Shown here: in pieces, positions 18,830 to 28,459 of the stretch
How positions within the stretch are numbered: the first letter of the stretch is position 1
How the letters are laid out: each line of letters opens with the position of its first letter
DNA from: Deltaproteobacteria bacterium
GTDB lineage: Bacteria; Desulfobacterota; Deferrimicrobia; Deferrimicrobiales; Deferrimicrobiaceae
Length of the DNA stretch: 64,000 nucleotides
Direction: 5' to 3'
NCBI GenBank assembly: GCA_050263095.1
Contig: JBLNEW010000027.1
Location: 25,485 to 89,484 of the forward strand
Notes under the pieces: model-generated
Told to the model about the DNA's origin: nothing
Databases searched by the model: none
Seen by the model: the letters and a program-made list of their open reading frames with translations, nothing else
Program-made: the position numbers and the translations under genes

Positions 18830-20524
18830 TTATTTCACGAAATTTGAGATTATATCCTGTATTTGGGTATCGCCGGCAAGCACCTTGATCTCCGATGCCG
18901 CTCGCAGTTTTGCCGCATACTCTTCAATTGCGATTTGAAGGTTTTTATTAAACAATTTGCTTTTGATGTCCCCTTCCACCGAATTGAAAGGCTTCGGCCT
19001 GGAGGGGGTGACATCACGAATATAGAAAACATATATATGCCCTTCGGGACTCGTATAAATCCGAAAATCTCCAGGATTTGCCCCCGATACTGCTTTTCGT
19101 ACGTCATTCGGAATTTCGTCAAGCGGTAAAGCTTCTTCATCAAATTTCAGGAGATTTACCGCAATATCCTTTGATACTTGCCCGGAAGCATTCTCCATTA
19201 TCCAGAGGAAATCGGCTCCTTTCCTGAGCTTTTCGACAGCATCCAAGGCATATTCCTTATTTACGAAAACCAGGCTCTTAATTTTTAGAGATCCCGGAAG
19301 CGTATAATCCGCGATGTGCTCTGCGAAATAATTCTTTACTTCCTCATCTTCGACTTTAATCCCTGGAACAATAACATTTCTGATGAATGTACCAAACAGG
19401 ATGCTTCTCCTGTATTCTTCAACCTTATATTTGTATATTTTCATCCGATCAATTTTAAGTCGTTTCGCTTCCATTTCATAAACCGTTTTCATTACGATTT
19501 CATCGAGAACTTCCGCTTTTCTCCTGTTCACTTTCTTTTTTTCGCTTGCCCGTTCAACCCCGTGGAAAAATTTCTTTTGCAAGCTCTCAGAAAGACTTGA
19601 GACTGTTACCTGCTTGCCTCCCTTGATCCTGGCAATGATCCGGTTATCTCGCATAAGCGTCCCGTAATCCGGCTCAGGCACATCATAATCCAAGCCATCG
19701 AGGAGTTTCCTGTCCAGCTTCACATATTTTTTCTTCAATGCTTCCGAGTACGCCTTTAATGCGCGCAGTTTTTTTGCCTTTAAAGCTTCCTCGCGTGCAA
19801 GGGCAAGCGCATCGCTGTTTTCTGGAAAGCGGACATCCTCCAACATGCTTATGGAAAACCCGTTTCCGATTTTTACGATAGAGGTAATCGCGCCTATTTC
19901 AATCATGGATATTGCTTTTGCGACTTCCGGGAGCAGATCTTTATGTTTAATATACACTCCTTCTTGCCCGCCCTTGGCTTTCCCTTCACTGGCCAATTTC
20001 TTCGACAGAGACTCGAAATTCCCTCCTGATTTAATATCATCCTGGAATTTTCTTGCATCTTCCTCTGTGTTAATGAGAACGGAGGACAATTTCACTTCCT
20101 TGATCGATTCCCGATATAGTTTCCCGACCTCTTTTTTGTCCGGAGTTTTTATGCCCCTTATATGGTATGAATACAGCATCTGTCTGAGCGTAGAATTTTG
20201 ATACGTCGCAATATCTTTTATTACTTCATCGAGTTGGTCCAAACCGATGTTTTTCGATTCTTGAATGAACAATTCCATATTAATAAGCCGGTCGAGAAGT
20301 TCCGACTGGGTTTTCCGTACCGTTGTTTCTTCCTCGGACACGCCTTCATGCAGGGAAACAAGCGCTTTTTCGAATGCTTCGCGCGTTATCGGTACACCGT
20401 TCACGGTGGCAAGCGCAACATTACCGCCTCTCCCCCGCCCCTTGGCAGAACTCGTGAATCCCGTAGCGAAAAAAACAAATAACAATCCAAGCGCAATCGA
20501 TGCCGATAGAGTAGATTTCCTCAT
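18830..20524 (-). CDS. Periplasmic SurA/PrsA-like peptidyl-prolyl cis-trans isomerase (parvulin domain) chaperone
   Basis: Signal peptide. A long SurA-N-like helical region followed by a parvulin-type domain (...GGQEGVYIKHKDLLPEVAKAISMIEIGAITSIVKIGNGFSI...). Lower G+C than its neighbours. Confidence 0.65.
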   Translation of the reverse strand: MRKSTLSASIALGLLFVFFATGFTSSAKGRGRGGNVALATVNGVPITREAFEKALVSLHEGVSEEETTVRKTQSELLDRLINMELFIQESKNIGLDQLDEVIKDIATYQNSTLRQMLYSYHIRGIKTPDKKEVGKLYRESIKEVKLSSVLINTEEDARKFQDDIKSGGNFESLSKKLASEGKAKGGQEGVYIKHKDLLPEVAKAISMIEIGAITSIVKIGNGFSISMLEDVRFPENSDALALAREEALKAKKLRALKAYSEALKKKYVKLDRKLLDGLDYDVPEPDYGTLMRDNRIIARIKGGKQVTVSSLSESLQKKFFHGVERASEKKKVNRRKAEVLDEIVMKTVYEMEAKRLKIDRMKIYKYKVEEYRRSILFGTFIRNVIVPGIKVEDEEVKNYFAEHIADYTLPGSLKIKSLVFVNKEYALDAVEKLRKGADFLWIMENASGQVSKDIAVNLLKFDEEALPLDEIPNDVRKAVSGANPGDFRIYTSPEGHIYVFYIRDVTPSRPKPFNSVEGDIKSKLFNKNLQIAIEEYAAKLRAASEIKVLAGDTQIQDIISNFVK

Positions 20525-20611
20525 GGATTCCTTCCTGACGACATCATTTGATGCCGTCCTCCGACAAGTTTGTCGCAGGAATGGAAACTAAAAAATCGTT
20601 TATAAAAAGAT

Positions 20612-23600
20612 TCAGTCGCTGTCGGCTGATCCCAGCGCCCGTTCGATTACCTTATCGGTCATTTCCGCAGCGAGGGCATGGGATGTAGAAACTTTTCCCC
20701 AATCGAATAGAAACATGCAGTCGCTCCCGGTATTATAACTGGTGGAAGACCACGCCACCTTTTTTTTATTCGTGTCGATCGCCTGGCTTGAAAAATTCAC
20801 TAGCGGAAAGCCTGCCGGACCGATCGAATCCTGATAATCCCTCACGCTTCCGTAAAAAACCAGATCGGCATCCATCTCTTCACGCAGCAAGGCCGCCTGT
20901 GGAAGGGATAGTCCTCCCTCAAGGATCATCCGAGAACGCAATATGGCCATCCGAACTTCACCCGGATCGATCACGACAAGATCCCCTCTTTCTGCAAGAT
21001 GTTTCAAAAAATGCAGACGCATGATCTCACCGGCGTTTTTACGGGAACTATCGTTGAAAAAGGGAAGGACCGCGACCGATAGCGTTTTTCCGGTGCCTAG
21101 CGCAAAGTCCTTATTGCGAAAGAACTCCTTCGGATGGAATCGTTCACTTCTGCCGACACCGGAGCTGCGTCCAGTATTTTTTTTGATTCCACCAGTCTCT
21201 CCTGATAAAAGATGGCCGCTCATGGAATCTAGTATTTTGTTTACGACCCTGTCTCGGAGTATCCGTGAATCTCTTTCAAGACCTATGCCCAAGATTCCGG
21301 GAGCATCGTTTCCTGCCACGACGATGCTGTCCATCCAGATAATGGAGGCTTTCCTTCCGGTAGAGATAAGTCTGGATGTCAGGGCTACTCTTGGTGGGTA
21401 GTCTTCCGAAAATAAATCGATCGATATGGCAAGGACCGCGGCCGCGCCGGTTTCCTGTCTCAAGGCCTGCCCTGTATCCTTCGAAAGACCGGCGGCATAA
21501 CGGATCCGATGCCGTGTCATGAACTTTTCAAGGATTACTTCATCGACCACCTTGATCCCGTTCCTTTTCATTCGAGTTATAACGGATTGATTGATCTCTT
21601 TTACAGGAGCGGCGACACCGCTAAGGTTCTCAATCGGGAACACGGCGATCAACGAATCCAACCCGAGTTCTCTTGTAATTTCAAATCCCGAAGACCAGCC
21701 GCTGTCCGCGGTATTTCCAAGGGCGTCACGCAGTACCACCTTGACCCGATAGAAACCGGGTTGCTCGGGTCTCCATTCCAACACCGGCGACGGCCCTTTC
21801 TGCACGATGATCTCTTTGTTCCTTCTAGAAACATGGAACTCGTAGACGTACGCGCCGATGCCTCCGGAAGCGACTGCGGTCCACCGGATGACTGCGGATA
21901 CCGCTCTTTGTGGAAACGACACGTCAGGAACGAGGTTTATTACAGCGGGAGGCAACACAACCGCGTACGGCGGCGACCAACCGCTGCTTGCGATATTGCC
22001 CAGGGCATCACGCACAATCACATTTACCCGGTAACTGCCAGGCTCCCGAGGCGCCCATTCCAAGCTTGACGAAGGCCCTTCCTGCAATATTCTTTCTTCT
22101 TTCCCGTCGGATACCCGGAACTCGTATCTTTTTTCACCTACCCCCCCCGATGTCTTTGCAGTCCAACGGATGGTTGTTGTTCCGGCGGCTTGAGGGGGTT
22201 GCCTGTCGGGTGCCAGTAAATCGACTTTCAGTTGAGGCATCACCATGTATTCCGGAGACCATCCTCCATCCAGCCTGTTCCCGAGGGCATCCGTCGCGAT
22301 AACTTTTACTCGGTGTAGTCCCTCTTTCATCGGCGTCCACGCCAATACGGGCGAAGAACCCTTCTGCTCGCTTACCTCTTCCGTTCCATCAAAGCTTCGA
22401 AATTCATATAATCGGCTGCCGGCACCGCCCGACACGTCGGCCTTCCAATTAATCGTTGTGGTAACCGCAGTCTGAGGGGAGGGCTTGTCCGGATTAAATG
22501 ATTTCAGCAAAAGCGGCGGGGCAACTTCGTATTCCGGAGACCAACTACTATCCGCGACATTGCCGTGTAAATCCTTGACAGACACCTTCACACGGTAGAT
22601 GCCGGCATCTTGAGGTACCCATATCCATGTGGGCGACTCTCCCTTCTGCATTAATACGACCTCGTTATCCTTATGGAGATAGAAGGCGTAAGTCCGGGCG
22701 CCCATCCCTCCGTCGACGACCGAGATCCAGCGTATCTTGGCTGCATTCGCAACTTGTGGCGATGCCTTGTCTGATCCAAGAGAAGAAACCGAGAGTGGAG
22801 GAATAAATGTATATTCCCGGGACCATCCGCTATCCGCGGTATTGCCATGCGAATCGCGAATTATGACTTTTATACGACAGGTTCCGGCCACCGACGGTAT
22901 CCAATCCAAGGCCGGTGACGGCCCTTTCTTTCTGAAAACTTCCTTGCCGTTCCGTGTAATATGGAACTCGTATTCGAGCGTCCCGATTCCGCCAGAAGCT
23001 GCCGCAACCCACCTGAACGGATTCGAAGCTACCGCCGGAGACATATTATCTGATCGTAACGACTCAATAAACAACGGTGGAACAACTTCGAAAGGCGTTG
23101 ACCAGCCGCTGTCGGCCATGTTACCGGCTGAATCCCGTACTACAACCATCACACGATAGCTTCCGGCCTTTTTAGGCAACCAGCGCCATTCGTGTAACGG
23201 GCCCCTCTGTTCCAGCGTCTCTTCGACCGCATTTAAAATGCGAAATTCATAAGTCAACGCGCCAATACCGCCGGATGCAACAGCGGACCATCGAATCTGT
23301 GACGAAACCGCAGCCTGCGGAGAATTTCTGTCCGGCTTCAATGACACTATTTCAACCTTGGGGGCCACTTCAAACTCCGATAACCAGCCGCTGTCTACGG
23401 TATTTCCCAGCGCATCCCGAACGATCACTTTCAACCTATACGTTCCGGCATCCATTGGAATCCAGTCCCATGCCGGCGAAGGCCCCTTTTGAACCATAGT
23501 CTGCTTGTCGCCTGCCATGGTATGGAACTCATATGTGAATGGGCCTACCCCACCCTCTGCAGACGCCGTCCATCTGATTTTTGAGGAGGATGCCGCCTGT

Positions 23601-24034
23601 GGTGGAGCCTTGTCGGGTTTCATCGTTTTCAATCTTAGCGCCGGGAAAATTTCATATCCCGGCATCCAGCCGCTGTCTGCGATATTGCCCAGTGCATCCC
23701 GCACAACCGCCTTCACGCGATAAGTACCCGCATGCAAGGGTCTCCAGCCCCAGATATTGGAACTATCCTGCTGCTCTACAGACTCTTCGGTCCCCTTAAG
23801 GGTATGGAATGCAAATGTATATGGCGCTTCCCCTCCTGATGCCGAGGCCGACCAAAGGATTGTCGTCATCGTTGCCGCTTGCGGAGACACCTTGTCCGGC
23901 GAATGCAGTTTCACCGCCAGAACGGATGGGATTTCCCGCGAAGGCAGTTGTGTTGCCCGCGAGGAGGCGCAACCGCACAAAACAACGGTGGCTATCAGTA
24001 GGCAGAGATAACTATTTGCCGAATAGTTTATCAA
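20612..24034 (-). CDS. Giant lipoprotein: eight tandem Y_Y_Y-like (Ig-like) repeats plus two C-terminal LpoB/CsgG/DUF799-like domains
   Basis: Lipobox-like LCGCASS. Eight repeats of about 95 aa, each with ...PQAA..IRW.A.ASGG.G.YEF.....E...QKGPSP.W.W.P...G.YR.KV.VRDALGN.ADSGWS..FEV.P. The C-terminus has two copies of a (L/I)AV(F/L)PF.N.S...(40-60 aa)...VVI.PGEV... module also seen in the next gene. Confidence 0.7.
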   Translation of the reverse strand: MINYSANSYLCLLIATVVLCGCASSRATQLPSREIPSVLAVKLHSPDKVSPQAATMTTILWSASASGGEAPYTFAFHTLKGTEESVEQQDSSNIWGWRPLHAGTYRVKAVVRDALGNIADSGWMPGYEIFPALRLKTMKPDKAPPQAASSSKIRWTASAEGGVGPFTYEFHTMAGDKQTMVQKGPSPAWDWIPMDAGTYRLKVIVRDALGNTVDSGWLSEFEVAPKVEIVSLKPDRNSPQAAVSSQIRWSAVASGGIGALTYEFRILNAVEETLEQRGPLHEWRWLPKKAGSYRVMVVVRDSAGNMADSGWSTPFEVVPPLFIESLRSDNMSPAVASNPFRWVAAASGGIGTLEYEFHITRNGKEVFRKKGPSPALDWIPSVAGTCRIKVIIRDSHGNTADSGWSREYTFIPPLSVSSLGSDKASPQVANAAKIRWISVVDGGMGARTYAFYLHKDNEVVLMQKGESPTWIWVPQDAGIYRVKVSVKDLHGNVADSSWSPEYEVAPPLLLKSFNPDKPSPQTAVTTTINWKADVSGGAGSRLYEFRSFDGTEEVSEQKGSSPVLAWTPMKEGLHRVKVIATDALGNRLDGGWSPEYMVMPQLKVDLLAPDRQPPQAAGTTTIRWTAKTSGGVGEKRYEFRVSDGKEERILQEGPSSSLEWAPREPGSYRVNVIVRDALGNIASSGWSPPYAVVLPPAVINLVPDVSFPQRAVSAVIRWTAVASGGIGAYVYEFHVSRRNKEIIVQKGPSPVLEWRPEQPGFYRVKVVLRDALGNTADSGWSSGFEITRELGLDSLIAVFPIENLSGVAAPVKEINQSVITRMKRNGIKVVDEVILEKFMTRHRIRYAAGLSKDTGQALRQETGAAAVLAISIDLFSEDYPPRVALTSRLISTGRKASIIWMDSIVVAGNDAPGILGIGLERDSRILRDRVVNKILDSMSGHLLSGETGGIKKNTGRSSGVGRSERFHPKEFFRNKDFALGTGKTLSVAVLPFFNDSSRKNAGEIMRLHFLKHLAERGDLVVIDPGEVRMAILRSRMILEGGLSLPQAALLREEMDADLVFYGSVRDYQDSIGPAGFPLVNFSSQAIDTNKKKVAWSSTSYNTGSDCMFLFDWGKVSTSHALAAEMTDKVIERALGSADSD
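21634..23899 (-). repeat. Intragenic tandem repeats (8 units of about 285 nt) encoding the Y_Y_Y-like domains
   Basis: Recurrent protein blocks VRDALGN(I/T)(A/V)DSGW and YEFH at regular spacing on the minus strand. Coordinates are approximate. Confidence 0.6.
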
Positions 24035-24587
24035 GAAGATCGTTGACCGCCTTTTCAGTAACGATGTTCATCGGCTCGCCGCCTCCACCGAACAGACGGT
24101 CTGCTGTGGAGACTCCGCCTTTGGTGGAAGAACCAGACCACACAATCCTTCCAGTGCGGCCTTCGATCATCTGAAGGCTGACGGAGACTATATTGGCCAC
24201 GCTCGTTCCAGAACGAACCTCTCCGTATTCCCGCACAGTTCCTGTAACCACAGCGTCTGCCTTTACGATCGTCGCTAACTTCAGTATTTCTTCGGTTGTC
24301 GGCGCTGCCGGAGCAGTAATTCCTGCCCTTGATATCCCGCGCCCCACTTCTCCGGGGGGTATAACGTAGACTCCCTGGGTAGCGAGAAGCATAGTGATGA
24401 AAACATCTCTAACACGGTCAGCGGCGGATGTTTCCCTCGAAAGGTTGGCGAAAGGCATTACGGCCACGTTCTGCACAAGCCCAAAATCCATGTTCGGGTC
24501 CCGGAAGGATCCCTGAGTCGTGCCAAGGGTGGAAGCGCATCCGACTGAAACCACTATAAAGACGAGGATGATTCCGATTTTTTTCAT
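24012..24587 (-). CDS. Small lipoprotein with an LpoB/CsgG/DUF799-like domain
   Basis: MKKIGIILVFIVVSVGCAS lipobox. NVAVMPFANLSRETSAADRVRDVFITMLLATQGVYVIPPGEV...AVVTGTV matches the two C-terminal modules of the giant lipoprotein. The listed ORF start at 24620 is an upstream extension. Confidence 0.6.
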   Translation of the reverse strand: MKKIGIILVFIVVSVGCASTLGTTQGSFRDPNMDFGLVQNVAVMPFANLSRETSAADRVRDVFITMLLATQGVYVIPPGEVGRGISRAGITAPAAPTTEEILKLATIVKADAVVTGTVREYGEVRSGTSVANIVSVSLQMIEGRTGRIVWSGSSTKGGVSTADRLFGGGGEPMNIVTEKAVNDLLDKLFGK

Positions 24588-24646
24588 CCTGTCCCTCGTT
24601 TCTGTCGAGATAATTACCATTATATTCCGCTAAACCCCGCGCATGC

Positions 24647-26872
24647 TCAGAAAGCAAGATGCAAATTCGTACTCACGACCTCGTTCTTATTTTTTTGGGA
24701 AGGAGCATCGTTGTTAAGATACTGATAGGACAAATCAACATACCTACCCCTGTTGCCGCCTATATTCCACCGAAGGCTGGGGATGATTCTCCTTTCCCTG
24801 CTGTTGTCTTCCGTATGGATCGTCTCGTTGTAATTAAAGTTGAGGTTAAGTGTCCCGTCCGGGAAAGGTGACCAGTTCGCCGAATAATTCCATGTTGTTG
24901 TATTGGTCGAATTGCCCAAACTCGTACTCCTGGTTCTCTGCAATGAGCCGAAGATATAGAGAGTGCGGAGTGGATTATAGGTAACCGAAATCCCGCCAGT
25001 CCGCTGTTTATCAGTAGTCTCATCGGAGTTACCCCCAAGCGTCCGCATCGTGTCCGACTCAAAGTACGCGAGATTGACGGTCATCGTTCGATGGGGAACC
25101 AACGTCAGTCCTGCATTTAATTGAATGGTCTCGATCTTCGCAGCCGTACTCGATTTCTGTACGCTTCCTCCCGCTCCTATATTTGCATCCACACCATCAT
25201 ATAAATGCGCACTATTGACAAAGGTGATGGAGTTCGTTTCGTTTTTTTCCTGCCCGGATTCCCGCGTCTGTCCCGTGTATACGACAGAGTGGTGGAGCGT
25301 TTGCAACGGGGTCGCCGAGATCGAAGCGGTATATGTGTAACCCAACTGCTGTTCCCCTGTCTGATCCTTGCTGTCCTCCCGCGAAACCCTTGCGAATCCT
25401 GAAAATATCCGCCCGAACTCGCGGTTGAATGAAAGCCCGTTGGATAGATCGTATGCCGAAGGCAAGGAGGAATTCTTAAGCAGGAAGTACGAAAGCTCGT
25501 AATACAGGTTCTGATTTTTCAAGAGCTTCGCGCGTGCATTAAAGTTGTAGCGATGATTGGTTCTGACCACCTTAGGGTTTATATCGGCGGCCTGCCTCCT
25601 CAGCGTAGCCTGGAGTTCCGTCACGAGGATGTTCGGGAAGTTGTTCGCAAACGGAACGGCCGACGACAGCGGTCTGGTAACGACTTTGATGTATCGGGTT
25701 GTCACTGTATCGAAGTCGATCTGGAACCTGGTCACGAACGGCCCGAAAACCGCCGGGAACACCGCCCTGTGGAGATTCCAGGTCCTGTTGTCTTCGCTAG
25801 TATAGACTTCCCAGGAAAACGTTCCGGCGATATCTTGCGGAATATCCCTGTCGACCCAAACAAGGAGGGAATTCACCTGTGTATCCAGAAAAAAATCCAA
25901 GCCCATGCTTCGTGGTCGGGAGTCCCCCGAAGGCGGTGGCAGTCCGAGATTGATTCCCGTCCCGGCGGCGAAATCCCCATCAATGAGGGCCGGATTGGAG
26001 TCAAGAGTAATCAGCAATGGAGTGTCGTTTATCGATGAAAGACCGGCGACCGGAGAAAGAGGAAAGCTTACCTCGCCTGAACCTCCTTTGGAAAATTCCG
26101 TATCACTATGAAAAATATAATAATTCGAACTAATCGAGATCCGGTTTTTCCACCACGATTCCGAATAGGTCACGCTGCCCTCGTGGGACGTATTCCGGCT
26201 TTCGATATTTTGCAGATTGTTGCGGTTTTTGTTTATTGCTCCGCCGTATCGTAGACTAACCGATTTTACAGGTTGATAATTCGCGGTCAACTGGAAGCTG
26301 TCATCGGTACCATCGTTTATCCTGCGTTCCTTGTCGAAAGTGTCCGTATGGAAATATCGGAAAAATGTTTCGGGAAACCCATCCGGCCTCCACCCCAGGG
26401 TTGCGAAGTATGTCTGTCTCACTGTCGTTAGCGGTGTGGTTGTAGAGGTCTTGACTTCTTGTTCCGTCCGGCTGTATCCCCCTTCGGCCTGATATAGAGG
26501 CGTTCTAAGGTTCAGGATTATGAATGGCCTCATTTTCGTATCGGCAATATTGTTCTCACGACCTTCAAGTTCCGTTATCAATGCATTCCGCTCAAACAGC
26601 CCGCCTGCGACTACGCCAAGATTGGGGAAAATACGTTTGTCGAGCGTCAAAGAATACCGCTGGATGAACGAATCGCTTTTCGATTCGGTTGTAAGTCCGG
26701 CTGCATCCTCGTTCTTGGAAGCCGCCTTCGTGAATATGAAATCCATATATCCGTTCATCCCATCCGCTGCGACTTGCTCAACGATAAGGACCGAAATCAT
26801 AAATAATACAGCAGAGAATCGCAGCGCAGGGAAATTCCTTTTTCCCGATGGTATCCTTGCTTCCTTTCGCAC
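24647..26872 (-). CDS. Large (741 aa) outer-membrane beta-barrel protein, uncharacterised
   Basis: Signal peptide. Extensive alternating beta-strand pattern rich in Y, N, T and G. C-terminus ...VVSTNLHLAF, ending in the terminal Phe signature of outer-membrane barrel proteins. Sits 5 nt downstream of the YVTN gene. Confidence 0.6.
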   Translation of the reverse strand: MRKEARIPSGKRNFPALRFSAVLFMISVLIVEQVAADGMNGYMDFIFTKAASKNEDAAGLTTESKSDSFIQRYSLTLDKRIFPNLGVVAGGLFERNALITELEGRENNIADTKMRPFIILNLRTPLYQAEGGYSRTEQEVKTSTTTPLTTVRQTYFATLGWRPDGFPETFFRYFHTDTFDKERRINDGTDDSFQLTANYQPVKSVSLRYGGAINKNRNNLQNIESRNTSHEGSVTYSESWWKNRISISSNYYIFHSDTEFSKGGSGEVSFPLSPVAGLSSINDTPLLITLDSNPALIDGDFAAGTGINLGLPPPSGDSRPRSMGLDFFLDTQVNSLLVWVDRDIPQDIAGTFSWEVYTSEDNRTWNLHRAVFPAVFGPFVTRFQIDFDTVTTRYIKVVTRPLSSAVPFANNFPNILVTELQATLRRQAADINPKVVRTNHRYNFNARAKLLKNQNLYYELSYFLLKNSSLPSAYDLSNGLSFNREFGRIFSGFARVSREDSKDQTGEQQLGYTYTASISATPLQTLHHSVVYTGQTRESGQEKNETNSITFVNSAHLYDGVDANIGAGGSVQKSSTAAKIETIQLNAGLTLVPHRTMTVNLAYFESDTMRTLGGNSDETTDKQRTGGISVTYNPLRTLYIFGSLQRTRSTSLGNSTNTTTWNYSANWSPFPDGTLNLNFNYNETIHTEDNSRERRIIPSLRWNIGGNRGRYVDLSYQYLNNDAPSQKNKNEVVSTNLHLAF

Positions 26873-26877
26873 CCAAC

Positions 26878-28278
26878 CTACCTTTCTCCCATGATTGTCA
26901 CCCGGAACGGCTCTTCTCCTACTTCGATTTCCGCAAAGGCTTCCTTGCTCACCAAACGGATTCCCTTGACCGTTTTTTCTCCCGGAAGCACGAGGAAAAG
27001 GCTGTTCCCCTCACCGTCGATCGCCATAAAGGCGACCTCGCCCGGCACGGCGATAAAATCGATGGGAAGAAACGAGAAGGGATCGTAGATATCAATCTTG
27101 CCGGTATGCTGTCGCGCCAGGTAGATCCAGTTGTTTTGGTGATCCACCTTCAACGCGGTCGCTCCTGTTCCCACGCGGATCTTGTTGATGATCGAAAAGG
27201 AAAATGGATTAATCACGTATAAATACGGGGAAGATCGATGAGCGACATAAAATCGGCTCCCGTCCCGATTGAATCCCCCACTTACGGGCTCCGAATCCGT
27301 GGATATCGTTGCCGCCACCTGTTGGCTTGGCAGGTCGATCACAGAAACAGAGTTGGATAAGCGGTTCAATATGTACGCTCTTCTGCCGTTCTGATCTATT
27401 TGAAGCGACTCCGGTCCTTTCCCCACATTGATTCGCAAAACTTCAATCAGGGACGCGGTGTTGATCACGCTTACCGTGTTCGATCCGACATTTACGGAAA
27501 GAAGTTTTCCTCCATCCGGCGTCAATGCAAGTTCGCGCGGATAATCTCCGCCGGCGAGATGCAGGCGGTTGTCGACCTCGCCCGTGAGGACGTCGATGAC
27601 TTCGACGGCATCTTCTCCGGAAAGGGCGACATATAATTTTGCTTTCCTTCGGTCCAGCGCCAACCCGGAAGGTGCCGTTCCGGTGGGGACCACGGAAATC
27701 ACATGTCCGGTCAGCTTGTCAAATATCGTCACCGTGTTCGAGTCGCGGCTGGAAGCATACCCAATCAATCCACTTGGAATTTTACCCGGGATGTCGATGT
27801 CAAATACGGGTGATATGCGGAAGCCGCCGTGAAGGGAATCCTGATATCTATATGAAAGTTTAAGGACGGTGCCGCGTTTCCTGCCAACCGTGAAGGGGAT
27901 CACTGTACGAGTGGCTTCCGAAGGCACAAGCACCACAGCTTCCCCTTCCTCCCCTTTCAGCGAGGCAGACTCGATCTTAAAGGCGATGCCAGCATACCGC
28001 CCGGGAGGAAGCGTACCGGAGGCGATCATTCGCTCCTTCGTAACCTCGATTCGATTCACGTCCGTTAAGGAAAGAACCATAGGAAATTCCGCCCCGTCTT
28101 CGCGCAGCGCGGAAATTCCTCCGATGCGGAATGAAAGCCGTCCCGCTTCTTGGGAGAGAGGGGCGATATACAGATAAATCGCTCCATCGTCCTCAAGTGC
28201 AGGTCTGACAAGGGATTTTTTTGCCTGGCATCCCCATAACGGCAGAAATACAGCAAGAATGATCGCAATGCGCTTCAA
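26878..28278 (-). CDS. Lipoprotein with a YVTN-family beta-propeller
   Basis: Lipobox LWGCQA. Repeated YVTN-like units of about 40 aa (SGLALDRRKAKLYVALSGEDAVEVIDVLTGEV; PRELALTPDGGKLLSVNVGSNTVSVINTASL; SLQIDQNGRRAYILNRLSNSVSVIDLPS...). Confidence 0.65.
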   Translation of the reverse strand: MKRIAIILAVFLPLWGCQAKKSLVRPALEDDGAIYLYIAPLSQEAGRLSFRIGGISALREDGAEFPMVLSLTDVNRIEVTKERMIASGTLPPGRYAGIAFKIESASLKGEEGEAVVLVPSEATRTVIPFTVGRKRGTVLKLSYRYQDSLHGGFRISPVFDIDIPGKIPSGLIGYASSRDSNTVTIFDKLTGHVISVVPTGTAPSGLALDRRKAKLYVALSGEDAVEVIDVLTGEVDNRLHLAGGDYPRELALTPDGGKLLSVNVGSNTVSVINTASLIEVLRINVGKGPESLQIDQNGRRAYILNRLSNSVSVIDLPSQQVAATISTDSEPVSGGFNRDGSRFYVAHRSSPYLYVINPFSFSIINKIRVGTGATALKVDHQNNWIYLARQHTGKIDIYDPFSFLPIDFIAVPGEVAFMAIDGEGNSLFLVLPGEKTVKGIRLVSKEAFAEIEVGEEPFRVTIMGER

Positions 28279-28375
28279 GACTTGCTCCGGTTTTTTTCGC
28301 CAATCATTCGATGACGCGATGTAACAAGCCTATCCCACAGAGCGTTTGCGGGCAATTGATAAAAGGTTATCGACT

Positions 28376-28412
28376 AATAAAAAGGGGCCGGCGTACAAGG
28401 CCGGCCCCTTTG
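28376..28412 (-). terminator. Rho-independent terminator downstream of the OmcS-like gene
   Basis: Perfect 9-bp GC stem GGGGCCGGC / GCCGGCCCC (28384-28392 / 28400-28408) with loop GTACAAG. On the minus strand it is followed by a T-run (rc of TAAAAAGG). Confidence 0.7.
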
Positions 28413-28459
28413 ATTATGCCTTCCTCGCCGGATTGTTTAATTCCGGCAAGCCCGCGAAC

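Noticed and set aside
24012-24034. 23-nt overlap between the giant lipoprotein start (24034) and the small lipoprotein stop (24012)
   Set aside because: It is probably just an over-called upstream start for the 1140-aa gene. It is not treated as a programmed frameshift or fusion.
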